Shown here: positions 33,272-44,330 of the stretch, one piece after another
How positions within the stretch are numbered: the stretch's first letter is position 1
Layout of the letters: each line of letters starts with the position of its first letter
Assembly (NCBI GenBank): GCA_963713605.1
Contig: CAVQMO010000015.1
Location: 95,679-159,678, forward strand
Source: an uncultured Nitrososphaerales archaeon
GTDB lineage: Archaea > Thermoproteota > Nitrososphaeria > Nitrososphaerales > Nitrososphaeraceae
Length of the DNA: 64,000 nt
Direction of reading: 5' to 3'
The notes under the pieces: generated by a model
Database searches by the model: none
What the model saw: the letters and a program-made list of their open reading frames with translations, nothing else
What the model was told of the DNA's origin: nothing
Position numbers and translations under genes: made by a program

Positions 33272-35519
33272 TTATTTGCCAATATTCTTCCAAATAAAGG
33301 AATCATGAGTAGTCTCGCTATCTTGTACAGTCCAAAAATCATAATCTCCATACTTCCTATCTCCAAACTGGTTTAAAGTTATGTTGCCTGTGATTCCATT
33401 ATAGGAATCAGCTATCTTCACTATAGTATTTTTCAAGTAATTAATGTCATGCGTAGCATTAGTATAATTCTCGGCTAGCGCTGCTACCCACAATGTATCA
33501 TATGCAACACTAGCATAAGATCTGGGTGTTCTTTCTATCTGTTCATGGATTTGAGCTTCCACATGTTTAAGCCGTTCATCATTATCGTTTTCAACTCCAA
33601 ATATTGGAGTTGTGAAATTCGTTTTTACAGCAAACACGGCGGCTTCAGTATTTTTTATAAGTTTGTTATTTAGCGTAGAACCATCACTACCATACCATTT
33701 TACTTTTGAGAGGGTAGGATGGTTTTGTGCCTGGATAAAAATTGGTGCGATTTCATCAAATGCTACAAAGTATACCCCAACCTTATCTATACCATACTGA
33801 GATACTGCTTGGTTTACCTTTGAGTCCAAAACTTTCAGATCTTGGTCCCAGACGATAAAGTTTATTCTATTAAGGCTAGCTGCGAAAATCCCCTGTATTA
33901 GGTGTGTATCCAACGCCATTTGCAACTCTACCCCCAAGATCATGTACACTTTGTTTTGTTGCTTTAACTAAATCATTTCCATAAATATCAGTTCGCCAAA
34001 ATGGTACCTACTACCCTTATTCCATCATTCCACATCAGCCTTGATATCGCTTGTGCCTGGTGGCTATCATCAGGCACAAATCTAAAAAGGTTATCGCCGG
34101 CTGTCGCTAAAGATGGGGCAGTGCTTGATGGACTAATTAATATAATCCCATTTTTATCAGCATAGTCTTTTATTCCTTGGACTGCTGCCACTTGTTGCAG
34201 GGCCGATAACTATCTTTATACCTTTTGCTGCTAATTGCTTAATCTTTTCTAAACTAACTGATGGATCTGATTGTGTGTCTTCTATAATCAGCTCAATACC
34301 ATTGCTTGAATGGGTCTTGAAAAGATATTCATTGATATCTTTAGTTGCAATTTTTAGCGCTGCCCCCTCTGATTCACCCAAAGATGAAGATACACCTGTT
34401 ATAGGAAGGAGAGCGCCTATTTTCACCGTTTGCTGCTTAAATGCAGTGGCTGGAGCTGGTGATATTACCTCAGAACTCGGATTAGAGAACCCGAAAAATG
34501 AGGATAACGATGGCAATGAGTATAAAGAGAAATAAATTCCAATTGATACAGCAATAACTACAGTAGCTGCTACAGCGGTAAGTGCAATGGAACTAATTTT
34601 TTTGCGGTTTTTTTCTTCTTCTGATTTAGGCTTGTTAGTATAGCCACCACTTGGGGCAATAATATATGTCTCCATATGCTCTGACCTTCTATGCTCATCA
34701 ATTGGTTGATTCTGTGTAAGCAGAAATTTCATATACCATAATAATCCTGCAGCTATGACCAAATAATGAGCCGCAAAAAATGTAGCAGATAACCAAAACT
34801 GCTCGGTAATGGATACGAGAACAACGACTGCAAACCAACTATCTGATATGGCCATTAAAAATAAACCTAGTGATTCACATATCCAAGGCGTAAACCATAA
34901 TGGCTCTTCTCTAAAGCTTAACAAAATTACGATTGCAGGAACCATTAATACTGCGTCCATGATTGGGTAGGCTATTATGACTGCAAACATAGCAACACCT
35001 CTTGGAGTAGATAAAACAGATAGACTTGAGGTAAGAGCAATTATATACGCTAGAAATATTCCACAACCAATTATGCTTGCGACTAGAATTCTGCTGCCTA
35101 AATTTGAATTTCTTACGGAATTCAATATATGTTGCATACAGATAATATGCTAGAAAGCCATAGGCAGATAGCCAAACAAAATCCGCCGCCGATGGAACAG
35201 GCGGGACTATTTCTAGGACTATCTCATACATTGCCCATATAAGATCCGCACACAGCCATAATGACAATCCTATTGCAAGGGCCACATGGCTTTTGCTATG
35301 ATGATGATCTTGTGGATGATGGCTGCGTTGCTGCATATGTCTGTATACTACAAATATAGCGAGTGCTGCTGCCGTAGAGGCATTAATGCTTATTATCCAA
35401 CTTGAATAGAAAGCTTTTGTTTGTATTTCAGCGAAATAAATGAACGAGTTTGAAATAACAATGGCTAAAATTAACCCAAGGAAGAGGCTCTTTCGAGTAA
35501 GTTTTATATCTCTAATCAC
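33272..35519 (-). pseudogene. Multi-TM membrane domain fused to a branched-chain amino acid type substrate-binding domain; three frameshifts
   Basis: WLCADLIW, PVPSAADFVWL, AYPIMD TM region; KIGALLP.TG, EDTQSDP, IGPATS, SPSSTAPSLA, FRFVPDD, YDTLW across four overlapping ORFs. Confidence 0.8.
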
Positions 35520-35768
35520 TACTCCTATGGTCTAACGACGCTCATGTAGAATAATAGGAACACTACTATAATGCGTATAAATATTTTGAGTTAACATCGT
35601 CATCATTGACAGGATTTACTTTTCTTTTTACTTCTAACCTGTGTAGCCGGTCAGATAATTTATCTGTGGATTTGATTTTCCCCCATCCCTTCTAGAATCT
35701 TCAGTCTATCCTCCAAAGTCTTCATATTTAAAACGGCAGGGCCCTCCGACAGTAGTCTAAACCTTGTT

Positions 35769-36107
35769 TCAAGATATACTATCTTCAATATGAGGTACTT
35801 GTAATGTCTGAGATGATGACTCATTTAATTCCGCCCCTTCGGCTTCCAATTGATTAATAGACAGTTGGAGCTCATCTTCTCTCTTTTTTAATTCGATATT
35901 TCGATCGACGAATTGCTGATATGTTAAAGCTATATTGTTCAATTCAGTTCTCCATGAATTTATTTCAGCTTGCAGAGAGCTTTTTTCCTCTTTGAGTCTA
36001 TCGTATTCTAATCTAACCCTGGGAAGATATCCGTTTGCAATCTTGAGCAGCTCTACTACTTCGCCGTCACCCATTCTCGCATTCTGAGTCAATTGGACAA
36101 GGTTCAC
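35769..36107 (-). pseudogene. Internal fragment of a multicopy coiled-coil protein family
   Basis: M...EVVELLKIAN..LP.V..EY.RLK followed by heptad repeats; recalled from Nitrososphaera mobile regions. Confidence 0.45.
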
Positions 36108-36251
36108 ATATGGCCAGGGGTTATCCTTGATCTGGATGTAGATCTTGGTATCGAATTTAGGCGACCCCGTCTAAAATTCTCAGATTAAATAAGAAAGTGA
36201 TGCATCTAATTTATTGGAGCATAAGTTTATGTAATTGGATATCTATCGTCT

Positions 36252-36665
36252 TTGTTAATGAATACGAATCCAACTGATGACGAATATGATGAATATGACA
36301 TTCCAGAGCTAATAGATGAATTAAGAACGAATTATCCTCTGGTCTCTGCTATTTTGGACAAAGTACCCGAAATGGAATTGGAAGAAGCTGGAACTCTTGT
36401 GTTACTGGTTGATGGCGTCAGGTGGCTAGGGAAAATGCATGCCCTTCGCCTTTTGAACATGGAAGATAAGACAGTTACTGACGAGATGATGCAAAGCAAG
36501 GCTAATGAAATAAGAGCAAAGCATCCTCTTCTTGCAAATATCCTCGATAGGATACGTCAAATGAACCTTAAGGAAACTTATACAGGAATACTCGTTTTGG
36601 ACGGACTGGAGCATATATTAAAGGCTCGTCAAGTAGAGGTACTCAGAGAGAAGGGTTTGTCGTAG
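36252..36665 (+). CDS. Hypothetical protein with two-fold internal repeat
   Basis: ELRTNYPLVSAILDKV..M.L.E and EIRAKHPLLANILDRI..M.L.E, both followed by LxDG. Confidence 0.7.
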   Translation: MLMNTNPTDDEYDEYDIPELIDELRTNYPLVSAILDKVPEMELEEAGTLVLLVDGVRWLGKMHALRLLNMEDKTVTDEMMQSKANEIRAKHPLLANILDRIRQMNLKETYTGILVLDGLEHILKARQVEVLREKGLS

Positions 36666-36791
36666 TAGAATTATTCATTCCAAGAGAAGATAGGATTGAA
36701 TACCTTAATAGAACTAAGGTAAAATCTCAGCAGCCATGGATCTCGGTTTACTCAAATAACTTTATAAGAATGTCTTGCCCCTTCTATATTG

Positions 36792-36866
36792 ATGTCATTT
36801 TTTGGAACCGCTAGAAGAGTTTCACGTAGAACTTCACGTAGAACCGTAAGAAGATGGGGAGCATAG
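36792..36866 (+). CDS. 24-aa Arg-rich micropeptide (not in ORF track)
   Basis: MSFFGTARRVSRRTSRRTVRRWGA; TTTATAA box at 36761-36767; 12-nt repeat TTCACGTAGAAC twice. Confidence 0.6.
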   Translation: MSFFGTARRVSRRTSRRTVRRWGA

Positions 36867-37255
36867 AATCAAACGGCTCCAGGAGAACCTTACGAGGAAG
36901 AAATACTCCTTATCAATCGCAACCATAGGAAGCCGGCGCCGTGCGGCGTTCAATGCATCTCGAGCGTGAGTCAACTCCTTTTCTTTTTTGAGTAACCCCT
37001 TTCGATCAACTACCGCGTTACAATTTCTTGTTCAATTTTCATATTGATCATACAAAGTATTTTATATAACTGAATTGATGGCGAAACGAAGGCGGAAATA
37101 TTTCATAAAGCGATTTCTAATTTCCTTATTGATATTGTAGTGATCCAGGTGGGTAGCTACCCCTGGACAATAATATCTTTTACCATTTTATATATCACAA
37201 TTAATGTTTCGGGCTGATTCATAACAACCTAGAATTGATCCCCCCAAATTCAATT

Positions 37256-37702
37256 CTAGCAGGAACCATCAATACAGCTATTGAAGTGAAAACACTGATG
37301 CTCAGACAATTGCTGAAATAACTGATCGTCATTTAGTAAGCACATCTGACATTCGACGCCTAAAGTGACATTTCCATCTCTGCTGATATCACTGCTAGAT
37401 AAATTTTCATCGAGGAAGTAGTCTGGGTAATCACTATCAGGATTATTTGTACCAGAAGAACACACATAGAAACCGTCATTGTATCCGTCCATAAATTCAT
37501 TGGTATGAAATGACGGCCCTTTTCCTGGTTGATTGATATATCTGTCAGACGGATCAGAAATTCCAACATCGTCACATCCATGATCGCGTCCAGAGTCGTA
37601 AGTGTCGGTGGACGCAAATAATGGTGAGATCGATACAAAAATTGAAAAGACCATAACAGCAGTTGCTATTACTATTTTCATAGCTGTTACCCTCATCGTC
37701 AT
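37256..37702 (-). CDS. Secreted protein with YDSG.DHGC.D...YINQPGKGPSFHT.EFMDGYNDGF domain
   Basis: Signal peptide plus a motif recalled as recurrent in Nitrososphaera. Confidence 0.7.
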   Translation of the reverse strand: MTMRVTAMKIVIATAVMVFSIFVSISPLFASTDTYDSGRDHGCDDVGISDPSDRYINQPGKGPSFHTNEFMDGYNDGFYVCSSGTNNPDSDYPDYFLDENLSSSDISRDGNVTLGVECQMCLLNDDQLFQQLSEHQCFHFNSCIDGSC

Positions 37703-37994
37703 TAATAGATATAAAGAAAACGAGCTCCAGTCAAAAATTTCACTTATGTCGGTAGACAGACTTATAGTTATATTTGTCTATGCATAGTTTATAGCGGTCT
37801 ACTTTTGACTTTGGAATTAGATACTTTTTGACTTCGCCGTCTATTATGACCAGTTTATCTTTATATTCCGCAAATACTCATAACAGAGCTGTCGAGCATA
37901 GAAGCTTCACATAATGAATATTACTTGGGCTAGACTCGATACTTCAAATCAATACTCCCATATTGCTCATTGCCAACCGATTATCTTCATCTAT

Positions 37995-38390
37995 CTATAC
38001 TCCTTTCCCTTCGATACTGTTTTTGTCGTCGAACTCCCGTTCTACTTCGACTCTGCATTTTGCTACTAATGCCGCGATTACCCCTAGAGCTGCAAGCCAC
38101 GGCGCTAATGCTACTGTTGCTATAACCCCCGCTGTCCCCCAAGTAACTGGAATGGATATCAAAACTTTACCTTTATCATCCTTGACTACAATTCGTTTAA
38201 CACTTACATCGTGCATCAGCTCTTTTACTTTCGATATCAATCCCTCAGAGGGAATGTCAAAAATATCTTTTCTTATCCTTGTTTCAGCCCCGCAGTTAGG
38301 ACAAAATCTAGCCATTTCCGGAAGCTCGGCCCCACATTGGCCGCAAATTGTCATGATTATGATATGTTTCCTAATAGTATATATGTCCAT
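37995..38390 (-). CDS. Zinc ribbon + DUF4342 protein
   Basis: CGQCG..L...ARFCPNCG; LISKVKELMHD.SVKRIVVK...IPVTWG. Confidence 0.85.
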   Translation of the reverse strand: MDIYTIRKHIIIMTICGQCGAELPEMARFCPNCGAETRIRKDIFDIPSEGLISKVKELMHDVSVKRIVVKDDKGKVLISIPVTWGTAGVIATVALAPWLAALGVIAALVAKCRVEVEREFDDKNSIEGKGV

Positions 38391-38459
38391 CTTGAGAAAG
38401 TTTTCACAATTAGACTGGTTAATCTCTTGGCAAGTTTAAGAGTCCGACATGCACCGGAC

Positions 38460-38728
38460 ACGAATACGGAAAGAAGTTCACTCAGGTTCGGGAGCAATAT
38501 TCGGATGGGAATAATGGAAGATGCGCTATCGGTGTATTAATGAGTATTTTGGTTGGGATGGTAAGCACCGTTTTGATACAACAAATACATTACAGTTCGC
38601 ATTATATGCATTAAAAAAGTCGGGATTCACACTGGTACAGTGATAGAATTAATGATTTGGGTAAGACTTTCGACGAGATAGCAGATCATTTGGAAAACAG
38701 CAGATCATCAATACGAATCGAACTTTTG
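38460..38728 (+). pseudogene. Family X copy 3, frameshifted and lacking its start
   Basis: EYGKKFTQVREQYSDGNNGRCAIGVLMS / FGWDG / NDLGKTFDEIADHLE in shifting frames. Confidence 0.75.
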
Positions 38729-38818
38729 AAGATAATATTCTACTACTATAGAAAGAGTAGTGAATTTTATGATAAGTAAATAAATAAAATGTAGAGTTAT
38801 ATATTAAATAATTGTAGC

Positions 38819-39067
38819 ATGAGCAAACACATTATTATATTCATCGCCGTAGCTATAATAGGTTTTGCTGTCAATGAAAATATAGTTGTGACAGCTCAAA
38901 CCAATTCTACAAACTCGGACAAACAAAAAATAGTTGTGACGTGACTGGAAACAAATGATACAAAGACGAGCGACACTCCAGCGATTAGTATTAGCGATGA
39001 AGATTTTTGGAAGACTTTTAACCCACTTCTTGAACAATCAATCAATGGATCTACGGATTCATCTTAA
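38819..39067 (+). pseudogene. Family Y copy 2 with in-frame TGA at the conserved Trp (38942-38944)
   Basis: MSKHIIIFIAVAIIG...KIVVT*LETNDT..DTPAISISDEDFWKTFNPLLEQS. Confidence 0.75.
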
Positions 39068-39220
39068 TAATTTGACTTTCTTTGTAGACTAATTCAATAT
39101 ATGCCATTCCAGCTTTGATCGAAAATCTTTCTTTCCTTTATAATAGATCTCCGACTTCAACAAACTTCAAACAAAAAAATAAAGACAGGATTTGTCTCAG
39201 GGGATTAATGCAAATGTTTT

Positions 39221-39460
39221 CTAGTTATTTTCTCCGTCCCCGCCTTCTCCATCACCGTCGTCGCTTCCATCACCGTCGTCGCTTCCATCGTCACCTGTGG
39301 TTCCAGCCGCCGGCATAGTCATGTTTCCACCAGTCATGTTTCCACCAGTCATGTTTCCACCAGTCATATTTGACTGTGCATAAATAGTGGATGCAAGTCC
39401 AGTCACCAATACCGACGCAACGATTGCTACGCCGATGGCTACCAATATTTGACTTATCAT
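39221..39460 (-). CDS. Small secreted protein with NMTGG repeats and acidic tail
   Basis: Signal peptide; 15-bp tandem repeats encoding NMT four times; DDGSDDG repeats. Confidence 0.8.
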   Translation of the reverse strand: MISQILVAIGVAIVASVLVTGLASTIYAQSNMTGGNMTGGNMTGGNMTMPAAGTTGDDGSDDGDGSDDGDGEGGDGENN

Positions 39461-40279
39461 CGAATTGCAAATCAGGCTTTATCATATATAACAATTTTGG
39501 CTAGAATTTGGCTAGAAGAAAGTCTCTAGCCACAACAGTTTAATCTAATGTTGTAGAGTTAAATTAAACACTGGACATATCAAGACAGAGTTAATGGGAA
39601 TATGATTTCCCATTGACTTCTGTTTTTATAAAGCTTCCTTTATTTTATTATACACAGACTTTGCATGAATCATCGTCTCTATACGAAGTACCTTACCGTA
39701 CACAACATGAAATGTCTCGATAGGGGATACTCCAATCATGAAAAGTCTAACATTGACAGGGTAAGCACTATAGGGTAATAGTGCAGACCAAGACAATCTC
39801 GACCTAGAAATCAAACAAGAGGTTATTTAGTTGAACAATGAATGAATGCCATTTGTACTACCGGTACCGGTGCCAGGACCACCTTTAGGAACACCCTTAC
39901 TAAAGCTGCCTCTCATTCCTCTTGGAATTTAGTTTATAGGCATATACCTAATTGTCAAGATAAAATTGATTGGCGTAGTTGTTAATGGAAGACTGCTAGT
40001 TAATGAATATGAGTCCGGTGTTTAACAAGAAGTGAGGAAGCTTGGCTTAACGCGGAGTCATCTTTTCTCTGCGAGTGAACGCTTGAAACTTTATTCATTT
40101 TCTTTTGGGCACAATTCAAGCAGATCTTTATACATACCAAATAAAACTTACTGTGTATGGCCAGTATGTACCTAGAAACAACTAATCACAATGAATGCGT
40201 TTAGACTATCTTTGCAGTCTAAACGCATTTACCATAATGCGTCAAAAGAAATATGCCCCATACCTCTCTAATTACTGTA

Positions 40280-41268
40280 ATAGTCCGTCTGGTCACACTT
40301 TTCCCTCTGCAGCAGGATTCTCTACTTCAGAGATCTTTTATACCGATGACAATGGAACATATTTCTTTCCCACAAGAGATTTTCATCCACCACAGGACAT
40401 AACGGATGGAAAGGTTGATTTACAGGAATTCCTAGCGGCTCACAAATCAAGAATACGAAAAATATCTGATAAGAGATTATACACTCCAAAGGAGGAGCCA
40501 TATATGGAAGGACATAACACCTGGATAGCAAATCATGAAGGATCTACACTAGTTATTCCAGTCGGGGATTTAGCACAACACACACTTTCCGCTATTCTTT
40601 ACTATACTGTGAATCACTTACCTCTTTTTGATGACATAGCCAAGAAACAGATTCCTGGGATAGACAAGTATGATAAAATAGTCGATACCAAAAACCCGAT
40701 CCCACTGACCTACCTTGAGCAGTATAATATCTCTGAACTAACTACAGAACTTTCGACATACTGTTATGCAGGTATGTTGTTACTTCAAGCAATGGGCCTT
40801 GGAGGATGGCTATATCATGGTATAGATAGACATACAGTATTAGGCGCTACTGGAGATCCAAAAGTACCAGGTTTAGGGTTTAGATATGATACCGATGATC
40901 GCTGGTCTATTCCCAATCCAACAGGATTGCCAGGAATTTTTGAAGCATACTGTCCTCCGCATTACAAGAATATGAGAGAAGCAATTGATGCTCTAATTAA
41001 CAGAAAGTTTGGAGAAGGCGGTATGTATAACGTTGAAACGCCTGGCGCGTGGAAGGATAGTGCAAAGGTAAGAGGCAGCGCAAACCCTATCACCGAAGAG
41101 ATCAAAGAATGCGCTGCATTGCAGGCACAATATATCCATGATACTTATGGCAAATTTCCAGCGACTATTCCTAGTATCTTTTCGCTAACTTATTTACAAG
41201 CACAACATATAGACCTAGATTTCTATGATCATTATTTCAAGCCTGGTGCATATCTGGCATGGCAATAG
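40280..41268 (+). pseudogene. Truncated uncharacterised nitroreductase-like protein
   Basis: SGHTFPSAAG, LLLQAMGLGGW, GLGFR; the ORF N-terminus looks unrelated and the C-terminus ends abruptly at KPGAYL. Confidence 0.5.
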
Positions 41269-41429
41269 TTCAGGTAAGTGATGCACTGATCACCATTTAA
41301 CACGCTACCAACCTTGATGCCATATTTGCAAACTTGGTAGACAGATCTTTGTGCATACTAATGTAGTTTCAACAAAATCCTGTTTACTGCTTCTTCGAAA
41401 ACTCTGCTGCCATCCATCTGACTATGAAA

Positions 41430-41612
41430 TCAATATAGTGATTCTAAAACGTAATTACGGAATCCTCTTTCAAAGCTAGTATTTCGTGGTATCTCTCCAG
41501 TAATTAAGAGCGAAGAACGGGCATCTATCGGAAACAGCTTTACCTCACTATTTTTACGGATTGTTGCTCCAAGCTCTTTGACTTGTTTTTCATCTAAGAA
41601 TGGCAGACACAC
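41430..41612 (-). pseudogene. Internal fragment of an MBL-fold metallohydrolase
   Basis: LPFLDEK..KELGA, LLITGEIPRNTSFERGF. Confidence 0.55.
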
Positions 41613-41758
41613 ACTAATCGATGAATTTATTAAATTATTTTATCCAATAAATTAAATTGATATTAGAAAGATGCCCGTCCTGGGCGCTATTAGGTCAACT
41701 ATCAATAGAGAGAAATAATCTTATGTGGGATATAAGCGAAAATAATTAAGTAATACTC

Positions 41759-42985
41759 TTGTCTCATAGTAAGAATTACGATAATAATAAAAACAATGAT
41801 TCAAATCTAGTTGAAAATCTAAACGAAATACTATCTGTTGAAAATGCATCAATAGATAGAATAATATCAAGAATAGATCAGACATCACTACAAGAACTAA
41901 ATCATAGACTAAAGCAACATTTAGAAGAAACGTACCTACAAAAAAATAGGCTTCAGAAAATAATTACAGAATTAGGAGGAAAGCCAACTTACGCAAAAGC
42001 AGATTTATCAAGGTTAGCCCCGCCTGCTACGATTATTATGAAAAAGAGATCTATAACGACCGCTGAGTCAAAAAAAGAGGATAACGTCCGAGACAATTCT
42101 ATGCTAGAAGAAGAAGAAGAAGAATTAGTACGAATCAAGCAAGACCGCCTAATAGAATTTAATGAACTGGAAGGTTATGAATCTCTAATACAGACAGTGC
42201 AAACGATGGATATGCCGCAAAAACATGAGATTACACTCTTATTAGAACAGAGTGTGCAAGAAGAAGAATCAATGGCATATTGGTACAAAATACATTAACC
42301 CTTGGTGATTGACAAATTATGGCCAAAGATGATCCATGCTTCAATAAGACGTGGCCAAAAGTTTCTTCTTAACCACGTTAGTTCCAAGATTCCGCTCATA
42401 ATTATATACGCAGATCTGGTCGGCTCTACTACTATGAGTATGACTTTATCCATAGATAAACTTGTGGATATAATTAGAGTATTTGCACACGAAATATCGC
42501 ATGTAGTGGATAGTTATGGTGGATATGTCTTAAAATATGCAGGCGACGCAGTAATCTCATTTTTTCCGGGTGGTGTCGACAACAAAGACAAATATCTTGC
42601 TTCAGACACGTCGGTAGAATGTGGCAAATCGATGATTGATGTAATCAGTGAGACTAATGGGATATTCAATAAAAAATTTGGCTATCCAGAACTATTTACC
42701 AAGATAGGTATAGACGTAGGAGAAAATACAATTGTTCAGTACGGCTACGACCAAGAGTCGCCTATTGATATACTGGGATATAGTATGAATATAGCATCAA
42801 AGATAACTTCTCTAACTGGCGCGAACAAAATAGCTATCGGAGAGAATGTATACAAGTCATTAGACCATAAAACACAGGGAGAATTTCATGAGTTATCCAT
42901 GTCCGATAACAGATGGAAGTATATTAACTATGGGACTGATAGTCCTTACAAAGTCTACACGCTGAATACCTCAATAGGGAATTGA
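41759..42985 (+). CDS. DUF892 ferritin-like domain + class III adenylate cyclase in one frame, separated by a single TAA (42296-42298)
   Basis: LNEILSVENA..., HLEET..QK.RL; YADLVGST, KYAGDAV, IGIDVG, DILG..MNIASK. Confidence 0.8.
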
Positions 42986-43329
42986 CTGTGCATCGCACTG
43001 TTGGAATAAACACGACCACTAATGCAACCTATCTATCTCTAATTGTATATTATGATTAAATCTTGAATTGTACAACAGATAATCGTTAGTTCACACACAA
43101 ACAGCCAGCGACATCTGGATTTTCCTCACTTTTGCGAGTCGCAAATCATTTTAAACTATATTAGACTGGCAGCTTTCGAGAGTGGGCAGCCCAGTCCATA
43201 GGCGGTTTTGCAAAGTCAGGTAAATGATCCATATTTCTTTATCTTTGTCACGCATATTTTATGTACATAACCATCGCCAAACGATTAGAGCTTGACAACA
43301 AGAAAAACCATAGTAGTGATATAGTATAA

Positions 43330-43560
43330 TCAGAGATTCTTTGGAGGCTCATAGTTGCATAGAGCAAGCCTAAATGCATCAAGTATATCATCATGCGATG
43401 TTTGTTGTTTGTCCAGCTTCCATTCGTCTGATACCACTGCAGTACGTAGAGACACTACTAGCTTCTGCAATGTTGGATGGATCTTAATTAACCTCTTAGA
43501 CATCAATGTATAAGTCCATTGCAACATCCGTCTATGTCTCTTCTGAAAGTTAACAAATTT
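43330..43560 (-). pseudogene. C-terminal remnant of a terminase large subunit-like protein
   Basis: VNF...H..ML, IHP...KL..SLRTAV, LDK..TSHDDILDAFRLAL; recalled family similarity. Confidence 0.55.
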
Positions 43561-43792
43561 TCTAACAAAAGATGAATTGATGAGGTTCGACAGTTGTATG
43601 TCCACAATATGGACAGAACTTTGCATCATCTTGCGTCGGGAACACCTTTATCAATTGAAATCTTGATCGACAGGTTCTACATACATAGGTGGTTGCACTT
43701 AACATCTAGTACATTACTATACAGAACAATTTATTACGAATTCCCAATCTGCCATTCCTTTCAATGACTCAGACTCTTTCGGTAGGTAGGGC

Positions 43793-44227
43793 ATGGTTGT
43801 CATAACAACCTCAGATTACATTCAAATTATTGCAGCCGGGATATATGCAGCAGCATTATTCTACACTGTCATAACGTTTAGGCGTTCGAAGAAACTAGAT
43901 CAAATCACACAGACGAACATAATCACGTCTTCTTGGAGAGATGCAGAGGTTGAGTTAGATAAAATACCCCCTGGTTCTGAATATGACATCTCTCGAAAGC
44001 AATGGGTTTATCGTATCTTCAATGATATTGAATGGCTTTGCTTCTTAATCAATGAAAAGTTCATTAGCGATAGGAAAATCCTAAAGCAATTCGAACCAAC
44101 TTTAATTGACTACTACGAAAATACGTTTCTGAAGTATGTGTCAAAAGATGAAAAGGATTTTAAGCGCTATCCTGAATTCACTAAATTATATCAAGCAATC
44201 AAACAACAGAAATCAAGTCAGAAATAG
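43793..44227 (+). CDS. Membrane-anchored hypothetical protein (DUF4760-like)
   Basis: N-terminal TM helix, FNDIEWLCFLIN, YPEF.KLY. Confidence 0.6.
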   Translation: MVVITTSDYIQIIAAGIYAAALFYTVITFRRSKKLDQITQTNIITSSWRDAEVELDKIPPGSEYDISRKQWVYRIFNDIEWLCFLINEKFISDRKILKQFEPTLIDYYENTFLKYVSKDEKDFKRYPEFTKLYQAIKQQKSSQK

Positions 44228-44330
44228 TACTAATAATAGGAAAGGTTTAACCCGGCCTACCTACGATTGGCCCAATTTGTATCGTTTCGACTATATAGTA
44301 ACTAATTGACAAGCTGGCAATCTTATAATT

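Noticed and set aside
39250..39370. Short tandem repeats as a possible CRISPR array
   Set aside because: Repeats are adjacent, in frame and coding, with no unique spacers and no cas genes.
43782..44264. GTAGGTAGG / CCTACCTAC inverted repeats around 43793-44227
   Set aside because: Only 9 bp, low complexity, similar words occur elsewhere, and there is no target duplication or transposase.
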